From contig JAYFMW010000006.1 of NCBI GenBank assembly GCA_042408215.1, positions 832,001 to 896,000 of the forward strand: a DNA stretch of 64,000 nt, written 5' to 3'. Made by a program: the position numbers and the translations under genes. Of this stretch, positions 10,628 through 19,668 are shown one piece after another (positions within the stretch are counted from its first letter, which is position 1; every line of letters starts with the position of its first letter). The stretch is from Microcoleus sp. (GTDB taxonomy: Bacteria; Cyanobacteriota; Cyanobacteriia; Cyanobacteriales; Microcoleaceae). The notes beneath the pieces are model-generated. The model saw nothing but the letters and a program-made list of their open reading frames with translations. It did not search any database and was not told where the DNA came from.

Positions 10628-10733
10628 GAACTTACGCATCAAGACCAAAGAAACCGGGTTTTTGGCCGTTTCTCAGGGTTGTAACGAGTATTCTCGCAAA
10701 AAACCCGGTTTCTGACCACCCCTGCGTAAGTCC
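10628..10733. mobile_element. MITE with ACTTACGCA...TGCGTAAGT termini and internal AGAAACCGGGTTTT inverted repeat
   Basis: nested inverted repeats, no ORF; family dispersed in the window. Confidence 0.7.
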
Positions 10734-10760
10734 TAGACTAATGACTAAGTAACATCAGCA

Positions 10761-11549
10761 TTACCCTGAAAGCCAATCGGCGAAATCTGCCGAAAACTGC
10801 GACAGAGACAGCAATTGAACTGGTGGATTTTGAGCTACTGATTCCCGTTCAGCCAAAGTATTGTAACCCCAATCAGCCAAAAATAACCTCACCTCAGATA
10901 AATCCGGTTGCTGTTTAACTGACAACAAAGTTTTCAACCTGTCTTCGACAAACCAAATAGTCGAATTCTTGCCAGCCGCCGTCATAAATTCCCGCAAAAT
11001 TTGGTGTTTTGGCTTGTTGTATTCCTTCCCAAAAATTAACTCGGATGGCATTGTTACACCTGCTAGCTGCAAAAGTTCGCGCACAAAACGGCCTTCCTTG
11101 GTAGTGACGATCGCAATTTTTACTCCTCTCCCTTGCAATTTCTGGAAACTTTCGGCTACTCCTGGATAAAAACGGTGCAGAGAAAGCCATCCAGCCAAAT
11201 CTTCAGCAATCCAACGATCGCGCAATCCATCTAACATAGCGCCAACTGACGCAGCTTTTAAACCATTTTCTGTCATTAACTGTGGTACAATGTTTGGCCA
11301 ATCCAGCAAAATTTGCTCTTCCGTAATTCCTGTCAGCAGTGCGCGAATCAGCAGGGGCATTTCCCAACCGGTTTCGATGGCCGGCCGCACTCGGTAAAAA
11401 CTGGAAGCTAAGTCTGAATCTGGCACTGTCTTTGCCGGTTTCCAGATTTGACAATAAGTGCGCCACGCTGTTTGAAAATATTCAATTAGTCCGTCGCAAA
11501 TCACGCCGTCAAAATCAAGAGCTAGAATTGTTGGAAAGTTATTAGTCAT
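10761..11549 (-). CDS. HAD-superfamily hydrolase
   Basis: motif I LDFDGVICD, VTTK, FVEDR, LADWGYN. Confidence 0.88.
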   Translation of the reverse strand: MTNNFPTILALDFDGVICDGLIEYFQTAWRTYCQIWKPAKTVPDSDLASSFYRVRPAIETGWEMPLLIRALLTGITEEQILLDWPNIVPQLMTENGLKAASVGAMLDGLRDRWIAEDLAGWLSLHRFYPGVAESFQKLQGRGVKIAIVTTKEGRFVRELLQLAGVTMPSELIFGKEYNKPKHQILREFMTAAGKNSTIWFVEDRLKTLLSVKQQPDLSEVRLFLADWGYNTLAERESVAQNPPVQLLSLSQFSADFADWLSG

Positions 11550-11594
11550 TGGTAAGTTGTCTGTTGGCGGTACGTCAGGAGTTATGAGTAATTA

Positions 11595-12365
11595 TTAGAA
11601 AGATTGAACCAGGGGTTGATTAGCAATCGAATCAAGCTTTTGGGATTTTAACAATTGCGTCCACTCTGCTGTCAGTTGTGCATCATCAGGAGTTTTGCGC
11701 CGCATTTCAGCTAGAGTAGCGACTGTCTCGTACCAAATCCCATTTTTAGCATAAACACTCAGCCTAGCCATCGGGTCAGGATTTGCCAAATCATTCTTGA
11801 GGCTTGGCTGCGGTGCTATGCGTTCTACAGAACCTGTAACAAACAAATCATTCGATCGATCTCCCGTGTTCTCTCCGGTGTTCTCTCCGGGGCTACAAGC
11901 CACCGCCAGCGACCACTGATACCGCTTACCAACTTCCATAAGCTGCTTGTTACCCCCAGCACCAGGAATGGTAACTGCAATAATCCCAGCATTGTCAACT
12001 TTGAAAGCTGTTTCGTAGACCACTTCATCTGGATCTTTTGTCTCTTTTTCTGTGATCAAACTGAATTGTACTTGTGTCCCAGCATGAGAAACGTAAGCAA
12101 AGAGTGTTGGTGACTCTGATAGTGTTAAACCAACATTACTTTCAGGTATTAAAGGAGTAATAGATAAATCAGCCGGACACTTGGGGCCTCGATGGGTTGC
12201 CCCTTGCCGATTGCCGGGAGCCGTTACATTTGGAGGTTTGAAATTAACATTTTGACTCAGCAAAATCGGTTCAGACTTGACCGGCATCAGTGTCGTCAAA
12301 TTCGGGAAAATGGCTAAGACAAAGACAGCCAATGAAAGTGTAGCAAGATATAGCAAACGTTTCAT
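11595..12365 (-). CDS. DUF928 domain protein, secreted
   Basis: signal peptide; FKPP..PGNRQGATHRG..C, GLT.SESPT, GKRYQWS, YAKNGIWYET. Confidence 0.85.
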   Translation of the reverse strand: MKRLLYLATLSLAVFVLAIFPNLTTLMPVKSEPILLSQNVNFKPPNVTAPGNRQGATHRGPKCPADLSITPLIPESNVGLTLSESPTLFAYVSHAGTQVQFSLITEKETKDPDEVVYETAFKVDNAGIIAVTIPGAGGNKQLMEVGKRYQWSLAVACSPGENTGENTGDRSNDLFVTGSVERIAPQPSLKNDLANPDPMARLSVYAKNGIWYETVATLAEMRRKTPDDAQLTAEWTQLLKSQKLDSIANQPLVQSF

Positions 12366-12417
12366 TTTTTCACCAAGTTGAGAAATGTTTTATAAAAGAC
12401 TTGAGAAATAGCGAACC

Positions 12418-13151
12418 TTAAAAATACTCAACCAGCGGTTGATTAGCAATCGCCTCAATCTTTTGGGATTGTAACAATTGCGTCCACTCTGCTGTCAGTT
12501 TTGCATCATCAGGAGTTTTGCGCCGCATTTCAGCTAGAGTAGCGACTGTCTCGTACCAAATCCCATTTGTAGCATAAACAATCAGCTTAGCGGGTCGGGA
12601 TTTGCCAAATCATTGTTGAGGGTTGGCTGCGGTTTTATGCGTTCTACATAAGCTGTAACAGCAAAATCATTCGATCGATCTTTAGGGTTGCAAATCACCG
12701 AAAACGACCACTGATACCGTTGGCCAACCTCAAGAGATTTGTTGTCACCCGCAGCAGCAGGAATGGTAACTCCAACTATCCCTGGTTTTTCAATTTTAAA
12801 AGCTGTTTCGTAGACCACATTTTTCCCATCTTCAGTTTGCAAAATAAACTCTATTTGTGCTGAAGTATTAGAAACATAAGCAAAGAATGTTGGCGACTCT
12901 GCTAGCGTTAAACCAATTTTGATTTCTGGTATTAAAGGAGTAATAGATCAATCATGCGGACAGGCTTCGCCTCGATGGGTTGCCTCTTGCCGGTTGCCGG
13001 TTGCGCCGACATCTGGAGGTGTGAAATTCACATTTTGACTGCTCTGAATTAGCACCGACTTTGCCGGCATCGGTGCTGAGAAACTAGGGAGATTAACTGC
13101 GATAGCCACTCCAGCGAGCGACATGGTAGTAAGATGTAAAAAGCGTTTCAT
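12418..13151 (-). pseudogene. DUF928 paralog, inactivated
   Basis: in-frame TGA at 12948-12950 where the neighbouring paralog has TTA (Leu); 4-bp deletion near 12591; remainder aligns with the paralog down to the stop at 12418. Confidence 0.85.
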
Positions 13152-13291
13152 TTTTCAACCAACTTGTAGAGATTGGACATACTCCGTCTCTATTTTTAGC
13201 CTGGAGTTAAAACCCCCTGGTGCGATCGGCAAAAGTTGTCAATTGCAACCCTAACCAAATATCAGAACAAAGCCTGTAGAGATCGGGAGCC

Positions 13292-14029
13292 TTAAAGAGA
13301 CTTAACCAGCGGTTGATCGGCGATCGACTCAAGCCCTTGAGACTCCAACAATTTCGTCCACTGGGCTGTCAACCTAGAATCCGTTGGTGTCTGGCGACGC
13401 AATTGGGCTAAAGTAGTTATAGTCTCGTACCAAATCCCATTTTTTGCGTAAACGCTGACCAAGGCCATAGGGTCGGGATTTGCCAAATCGCTGTTGAGAT
13501 TTGGCTGGGGTTGAATTCGTTGCACCCACCCTTTCACCACTAAATCCGCAGAGCGATCGTTCTGGTCACAAATCATCGAAAATGACCACACGTACCGCTT
13601 GCCAACCTCAACAGATTTTGGCTTGCCTGTGGCTGGAACGCTAACTCCAACTATGCCTGGTTTGTCAATTTTAAAAGCTGTTTCGTAGACTACTTCGTCT
13701 TCATTTTCGGTTAACAAAGTAAACTCTATTTTGGCCGAAGTTTGAGGAACGTAAACAAAAAATGTGGGCGACTCTGAATTGGTTAAACCAATATTACTCA
13801 CAGGTACTAAAGGAGTCATAGATAAACCCGCCGGACAAGCACCGTTGCCCCGATGCGTCCCCCCTTGTCGGTTCCCCGGGGCGGTGACGTTGGGAGGCTG
13901 GAAATTAACATTCTGACTGCTGGAAATTGGCTGGGATTGTGCCCGCACCGGTACCGGCCAAGTAGGAACAGTAGCTGCGATAGCATATCCGGCCACATAA
14001 AACGCAGCCAGATGTAGAAAACGTTTCAT
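13292..14029 (-). CDS. DUF928 domain protein, secreted
   Basis: start MKRFLH matches the paralog starts; same DUF928 motifs (PGNRQGGTHRG, YAKNGIWYET). Confidence 0.85.
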   Translation of the reverse strand: MKRFLHLAAFYVAGYAIAATVPTWPVPVRAQSQPISSSQNVNFQPPNVTAPGNRQGGTHRGNGACPAGLSMTPLVPVSNIGLTNSESPTFFVYVPQTSAKIEFTLLTENEDEVVYETAFKIDKPGIVGVSVPATGKPKSVEVGKRYVWSFSMICDQNDRSADLVVKGWVQRIQPQPNLNSDLANPDPMALVSVYAKNGIWYETITTLAQLRRQTPTDSRLTAQWTKLLESQGLESIADQPLVKSL

Positions 14030-14360
14030 TTTTTTGTACCTTTCATTATAATATTCCCTGCCACAGATCTTGTCGGCTGGCGACATATATCTTCGAACCA
14101 CTAGCTTTTGCGTAGATAAACACTTTGAACCCTGACATATCAATAACATTAATTAATCCGATCGGCAAGTGGATTCTCGCTCCCAGAAATCTAGCTTTCG
14201 AGGTCGCCAGTATCATTGGACACACTCTCTAATTGCGAACAGTAAAATTTTGTAACAAAGTTCCGAGAATTGGAGGCTGTTCTAATATGGAGAAAGTCGA
14301 GCGCTTGGCTGAGCACTCGTCCACTGCTGTTCCAGAAACGATTCAAACTTTTATACTGGC

Positions 14361-16157
14361 ATGATGAGTAAAATATCTCACAAAATTCTATCTGCAAAAA
14401 CGCAATTGAACAAGCTGTACACACCTTCAGTAGCATTTGCTAGGTCTGTACTAATTGCCAGCGTGGCCGTAACATTGTCATTGATTGCGGTCAGACATCT
14501 AGGAATGTTGCAATCATTAGAATTAGGCGCTTACGACCAGATGCTGAGGTCGCGACCAGACGAAACTCCAGACTCGCGCTTGCTGATTGTCGGCATCACC
14601 GAAGGAGACATTCAGAGACTCAAACAGTGGCCAATATCCGATCGCAAAATAGCTGAAATCTTACAAAAACTCGAAAAAATGCAGCCGCGAGCCATTGGTT
14701 TAGACATACTGCGAGACGTACCCCTAGGAGATGGCCGCCAGGAATTAACCAAAGTTTTACAAAAGAGCGATCGAATTATCGGGGTATGTTTAGTCACCGA
14801 TGGTACGGCCGAAAGTCCAGGTTCTCCCCCTCCCCCCGGACTGCCACCAAACAGTATTGGATATGCTGATTTTGGAGTCGATCCCGGAGGCGTGCTTCGC
14901 AGGGCTTTATTATTCATGAAACCCCCGACAATTGAGAGCAATTCCCCGGTTGAAAAACATCTGTGTAACGACGATTCCCAAGTATTATTTTCTTTCAACC
15001 TCCAGCTAGCACTTCGCTACCTACAAGCGGAAAAAAAATACCCTAAACTCGCCGCAGATCAATCTTTATGGCTGGGTGCAACCGAATTTAAACAATTAGG
15101 AAACAATGACGGAGGATACAAAAATGCCGATGTCCGGGGATATCAAATACTGATCCACTATCGCTCCCGAAGCCAAGTCGCAAACCAAGTCACACTTACA
15201 GATGTTTTAGAAGGCAAAATAGCTCCTAATTTAGTCAAAGATAAAATAGTTCTGATCGGTTACACCACCGAAACTGTTAAAGACTTTTTTTACACTCCTT
15301 ACAGTGCGGGAAAGGACAACAACCAACTCATGTTCGGGATAGTTGCTCACGCACAAGTAGTTAGTCAAATTTTAAGTGCTGTTTTAGACAAGCGACCCCT
15401 GTTTTGGTTTTGGCCAGAATCGGCAGAAATCCTGTGGATTTGGGGATGGTCAATGGTCGGAGGAACCTTAGCTTGGCGGATGGCTCACCCTACGCGCTTG
15501 GCCCTGGCATTTGCAGCCACGCTGGGACTATGTTGCAGCATCAGCTTTGGGATTTTTCTGTTAGCAGGGTGGGTACCTGTAGCCGCGCCTGCTTTAGCAT
15601 TAATTGTAACTGCTGGCAGCATTGTATCAGCAGACAGATTTAATAAAGCAGGATACGGGAAAGTAATTAGCGATCGGGTAAAACAAGTCTTCAAAATCGA
15701 AATAGACCAAGCCCAAAAAGCAGAGCAAGTCGCAGAAATTACGGGGTCAGATTTCTTTAAAGAATTGCAGCAAAAGAAAGATAAACTAAGGGTTGGCAAA
15801 AAAGAACCCTCTCAAACAGAACCGAACCAACCCCAAGAAATAACTGTCGGTTCCGAAGAGCCTGAAAACGCTAAAAGTCAGCCGGAGGAATACTTAGCTC
15901 AGTTGCAGCAAACAGTCAAACAACACAAGCAGCGCACCGCAGTCACTGAATCTGAAAGCGACTCTCAAGCCAGCGTCCCCATTGATGCTAGCAACAGTAA
16001 TACCTGGGCCGAAACCTCGCCCGACGACGAAATGAGTCAATTGCAAGCCAAGGCCAAACAGATGCGGGAACGCAGAAGCGCAGCAAAGAAGATCAAAGAT
16101 CTAGATAGCGAAGATTTGGGGGACAAAGAGGATTTGGGAGCAGATAAGGGAGCATAA
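14361..16157 (+). CDS. CHASE2 sensor membrane protein with a coiled-coil cytoplasmic tail and no catalytic output domain
   Basis: LELGAYDQM, WPISD, IGLDILRD, D.GGVLRR, KDKIVLIG, MFGIVAHAQVVSQIL, three C-terminal TM helices. Confidence 0.88.
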   Translation: MMSKISHKILSAKTQLNKLYTPSVAFARSVLIASVAVTLSLIAVRHLGMLQSLELGAYDQMLRSRPDETPDSRLLIVGITEGDIQRLKQWPISDRKIAEILQKLEKMQPRAIGLDILRDVPLGDGRQELTKVLQKSDRIIGVCLVTDGTAESPGSPPPPGLPPNSIGYADFGVDPGGVLRRALLFMKPPTIESNSPVEKHLCNDDSQVLFSFNLQLALRYLQAEKKYPKLAADQSLWLGATEFKQLGNNDGGYKNADVRGYQILIHYRSRSQVANQVTLTDVLEGKIAPNLVKDKIVLIGYTTETVKDFFYTPYSAGKDNNQLMFGIVAHAQVVSQILSAVLDKRPLFWFWPESAEILWIWGWSMVGGTLAWRMAHPTRLALAFAATLGLCCSISFGIFLLAGWVPVAAPALALIVTAGSIVSADRFNKAGYGKVISDRVKQVFKIEIDQAQKAEQVAEITGSDFFKELQQKKDKLRVGKKEPSQTEPNQPQEITVGSEEPENAKSQPEEYLAQLQQTVKQHKQRTAVTESESDSQASVPIDASNSNTWAETSPDDEMSQLQAKAKQMRERRSAAKKIKDLDSEDLGDKEDLGADKGA

Positions 16158-16258
16158 TTGATATCTGCTGGCTGCAAATCCGTTTCCCTCGCCCTTCTGT
16201 TTTTATTGGGAATTTGTAATTGCTTGAAGTAGCCCGCTCTCGCCCTCATAGGTAAATC

Positions 16259-17017
16259 ATGTCTAAAATCATCTCTGTCCACTCCTACCGAGGTGGAACT
16301 GGCAAATCGAACATGACAGCCAACCTGGCATCTATTATCGCTCGCGACGGAAATCGGGTCGGCATTGTAGACACGGATATTCAATCGCCCGGGATTCACG
16401 TACTGTTCGGTTTCAGCGAGCAGAACATGGATCGCTGTATCAATGATTACCTGTGGGGCCGGTGTCCGATCGCCGATACAGCCTACGATGTTAGTTCCCT
16501 GCTGCCAAAATTAGCCAATAATGGCAGCCTCTACCTGATCCCTTCGAGCATTAAAGCAGGGGAGATTGCGCGAGTTTTGCGCGAAGGCTACGACGTGGGC
16601 CTTCTCACCGATGGCTTTCAAGAACTGATCGAGGTTCTCAACTTAGACTACCTATTTATCGACACTCACCCTGGCCTTAACGAAGAAACCCTGCTCAGCA
16701 TCACCATTTCCGACATCCTGCTGCTGATCCTGCGTCCAGATCAGCAAGACTTTCAGGGAACGGCTGTCACGGTGGATGTCGCCCGCCAATTAGAGGTTCC
16801 CAAAATCTTGATGACTATCAACAAAGCCCCTGAATCCCTCGATTTCGACGATTTGAAGCAGCAAGTAGAGACGATCTATAAAATCCCCGTGGCTGGGGTT
16901 CTCCCCCACAGCGATAAAATGATGCTGCTCGCCAGCAAAGGGGTTTTTGCTCTGCACTTCCCCAAGGATCCCCTAACTGCGGTGGTGGAAGGGATTGCTA
17001 AAGAGATTGTCGGCTAA
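16259..17017 (+). CDS. MinD/ParA family ATPase
   Basis: N-terminal Walker A HSYRGGTGKS, VDTDIQSPG, FIDTHPG, INK. Confidence 0.88.
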   Translation: MSKIISVHSYRGGTGKSNMTANLASIIARDGNRVGIVDTDIQSPGIHVLFGFSEQNMDRCINDYLWGRCPIADTAYDVSSLLPKLANNGSLYLIPSSIKAGEIARVLREGYDVGLLTDGFQELIEVLNLDYLFIDTHPGLNEETLLSITISDILLLILRPDQQDFQGTAVTVDVARQLEVPKILMTINKAPESLDFDDLKQQVETIYKIPVAGVLPHSDKMMLLASKGVFALHFPKDPLTAVVEGIAKEIVG

Positions 17018-17179
17018 CGCTGGGATCTTCTGAAAATACCCGATCGAGGGTTTGGAGTCCAAGTCCTCCGGCGCGATGGCTCCGGCGGGCTTTAGACTAC
17101 GGGCGATCGAACTTTCTGCTGAAAATATTTGCTTGCTCAGTCTGAAGAACGGCGACAAAATGAGATACAAATAGATTAT

Positions 17180-17497
17180 AAAGAATAGCCTGAAAACCCG
17201 ATCGACTTGAGTCCAGGGATGAAAGGTAGTTGCAGGATAAATCCGGCCTTGATTTACCGATCGTGCCGAATCATGTTAACACCGTGTTTTGGCGTGGTCA
17301 AATAGCACTTGTCAGTACAAGACATTAAAACCTACCCCCGGACAGGGGGAAAGTTACGACCGAGGATCTAGTTGCAAGACTAGGATAGCAGACCGCCATT
17401 TTTGGCAACAGGATTGCGCCCGGAAACCCTAGCAATAGGGATATTAAGGCCGCCAAGTCTTAAGAATCCCCGCCTATGACAGACCGGGGAGTGTCAA
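17180..17497 (+). mobile_element. non-autonomous IS200/IS605 mini-element (PATE-like) carrying an omega-RNA-like scaffold
   Basis: TTAT|17 nt ending AAAA, then left hairpin; right end GAAT-CCCCG..CGGGG-AGTG-TCAA; no ORF. Confidence 0.8.
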
Positions 17498-17531
17498 GAG
17501 AATTTGTTAAAAAACTTTAGGAGGAGAACTC

Positions 17532-17657
17532 ATGGATTTTGACTTCCGCATACTGATAGTATTGACGCCCCTCTTGTTGGCCGCCGGCTGGGCCGTATAC
17601 AACATCGGCGCTCTTGCTCTCAGACAAGTTCAGAACTTGTTGAACAAGCAAGCTTAG
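17532..17657 (+). CDS. psbY: photosystem II protein Y
   Basis: [41 protein letters not shown] (41 aa), RBS AGGAGG upstream; below the ORF-track cutoff. Confidence 0.93.
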   Translation: MDFDFRILIVLTPLLLAAGWAVYNIGALALRQVQNLLNKQA

Positions 17658-17939
17658 GAAGAAACGGCATCGGGTTGCGGTTCGCTTCATCTATTTTCTG
17701 AGCCGACTGTTTCGTGGAATACAAAACAGTCGGCTTATTTGTGCATTGGTTCTCGGAGGCGATCGGCAGATATGGAGAGAGAGGCCAATTTACTACCACA
17801 GAGAGATTAGGCACTGCCGAAAGAAAAATTAGATTGATTTTTGACCATCTACTCAGCATTGGTCAGTTGAGTGCAATCCCAATATTTGCCAAACACATTG
17901 CCGCCTAAAATATGAGACAATCAAAAAAGTGTAATTACC

Positions 17940-19570
17940 AGGAAAACTATTTTCCCGATAATCCCCGACAATCCCCGAAAATTGACATGGGTCACGTCAA
18001 AGTGTGACAATAGTCCATAACCAGAGCGAATTTACACCGATGACTACTGTGACATACTGCAAAGCACTTCCGACACCAATATATGAGTTAAACCCACTGG
18101 GCCAAACTCAGCTAGAAATGTTTTTGAGTGCTTATACCCCAATTTTCCACAATGCAGTATGTGAAACGGTGAACTTTATCCTCTCAGGTGTTGACTTTAA
18201 CCAATCTCAATGGCGAACCCATTTACAAGACAATTACGGGATTAGTGCTCGACACGCCCAGGGCGTTATCTCAGCCGCCAAGGGTGCTGTTGGTAGTGCA
18301 AAAGAATGTCGGATTTTACATATCAAAACCTTAGAAGGTCAAGCCAAATCCTGTGCAGCTTGGTTGAAGAAGGCAGAAAGGAAACTGAAGAATGCTCGGA
18401 AATTTTACGCCGCCCCCAATTGGCGCGAGCGTAAAAAAGGGTGTGTTTTTCCCTTATCCTGCTCTCTCAAATCTCGCCAAACCTCTTGGCAGAATTTACG
18501 GTTTCAAATCCATCACAAAAAGCGTAAATTACACAGATATCAGTCCCAAATATCGGCGGTGCGATTGGCTCCTATTAGGGTGTCAGTCCCCCGACATCAA
18601 GCCTTTGTCGTTGGGTGTAAAAATGAATCTAATGGCAATCAGGTATGTCAATGGGATGGGAATAATTTAAGATTGAGAGTACCCGCCTGTTTGGCATCCA
18701 AAGTTGGTAAGTATGTCGAGTCGAAAATTGGTGATTTTCCTCGCAACATTAACCGATTACCTGCAACAGGGGCTAAAACTTGGCACTTCTATTACAAATC
18801 GGGTAAGTGGTGTGCGGCTGTGAGTTTTACCCCATCAGAAGTTAAGCGAGTATCGAGTTCTGTAGATTATGGATGTATCGGTATTGATCTGAATCCGGGG
18901 TCCATTGGTTGGGCTTATATCGACAAGGAAGGGAATTTAAAAGCTCATAATCAAATACCATTACAAACGGGACTCCCGAAGGGTCAACAACAGGCTCAAA
19001 TTGTTAAAGCTTGTCGGGAATTGGCGAAACTAGCCAGCCATTATCAATGTCCCATTGTGGGTGAAAAATTAGACTTTTGTGCTAAGAAAGAACAACTAAG
19101 AGAACGGGGTAGAAAGTATGCTCGAAGCCTTTCTCATTGGGCTTATTCTCGGTTTTTCAAGTTGTTAAACTCTATTCTTTCTAATCGTGGGATAGAATTG
19201 ATCGCAGTAAATCCGGCTTATTCGAGTATCATTGGCTTAGTCAAATATCTAAAAATGTATGGTTTAGCTAGTGATGAATCAGCGGGTTTAGTGATGGCTC
19301 GTCGAGGGATGAGGCTATCGGAAAAGATACCAGGCTCCTTAACCGCCGCCTTTGAGGTGAACTCAACTAAGCAGGTTTGGAGCCTGTGGAATCAACTTAA
19401 TAAAAAAATCAAGTGTTCTGGTATGGTAACAACTAGACATTGTTACTATACCATCTCTAACTGGGATTTCCTGGCCAACCTCAGTATTGAGGAAGTCTAA
19501 GCACTAGGAAAGAATGCTTAAGAAACTTAAACAGCCTAGTTTGTCTCGATTTGTCGGGATTTTTTGAAGC
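17940..19570 (+). mobile_element. non-autonomous IS607-like element carrying only a TnpB-related gene (boundaries approximate)
   Basis: 10-bp-period repeats TTCCCGATAA/TCCCCGACAA/TCCCCGAAAA at 17952-17981 and inverted TTGTCTCGAT/TTGTCGGGAT at 19541-19560 flank the gene; no transposase ORF. Confidence 0.55.
18040..19500 (+). CDS. tnpB: TnpB-related (Cas12f-like) RuvC nuclease
   Basis: RuvC-I IGIDLNPG, RuvC-II VGEKLDF, VNPAYSS, RuvC-III SDESAGLVMARRG; basic helical N-terminal half; ATG at 18040 preferred to GTG at 18004. Confidence 0.85.
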   Translation: MTTVTYCKALPTPIYELNPLGQTQLEMFLSAYTPIFHNAVCETVNFILSGVDFNQSQWRTHLQDNYGISARHAQGVISAAKGAVGSAKECRILHIKTLEGQAKSCAAWLKKAERKLKNARKFYAAPNWRERKKGCVFPLSCSLKSRQTSWQNLRFQIHHKKRKLHRYQSQISAVRLAPIRVSVPRHQAFVVGCKNESNGNQVCQWDGNNLRLRVPACLASKVGKYVESKIGDFPRNINRLPATGAKTWHFYYKSGKWCAAVSFTPSEVKRVSSSVDYGCIGIDLNPGSIGWAYIDKEGNLKAHNQIPLQTGLPKGQQQAQIVKACRELAKLASHYQCPIVGEKLDFCAKKEQLRERGRKYARSLSHWAYSRFFKLLNSILSNRGIELIAVNPAYSSIIGLVKYLKMYGLASDESAGLVMARRGMRLSEKIPGSLTAAFEVNSTKQVWSLWNQLNKKIKCSGMVTTRHCYYTISNWDFLANLSIEEV

Positions 19571-19668
19571 TGTATTCCCTGAAAATCAGCAGAAAAACTG
19601 CGAATTTTAACAGATAGGGAATCTCGGTCAAATTGTCAATGTTTAATCCCTATATCTTGAGATAGATT

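Noticed and set aside
16259..17017. Septum-site MinD or a plasmid partition locus
   Set aside because: No minC/minE or parB adjacent, no membrane-targeting tail, atypical Walker A.
18004..19500. CRISPR-associated Cas12 effector locus
   Set aside because: No repeat-spacer array or cas1/cas2/cas4 nearby; the flanks look like IS ends.
17180..19500. One composite element joining the 17180 mini-element and the TnpB-like gene
   Set aside because: psbY lies between them, the mini-element has its own complete ends, and the end types differ (Y1-type hairpins versus IS607-like repeats).
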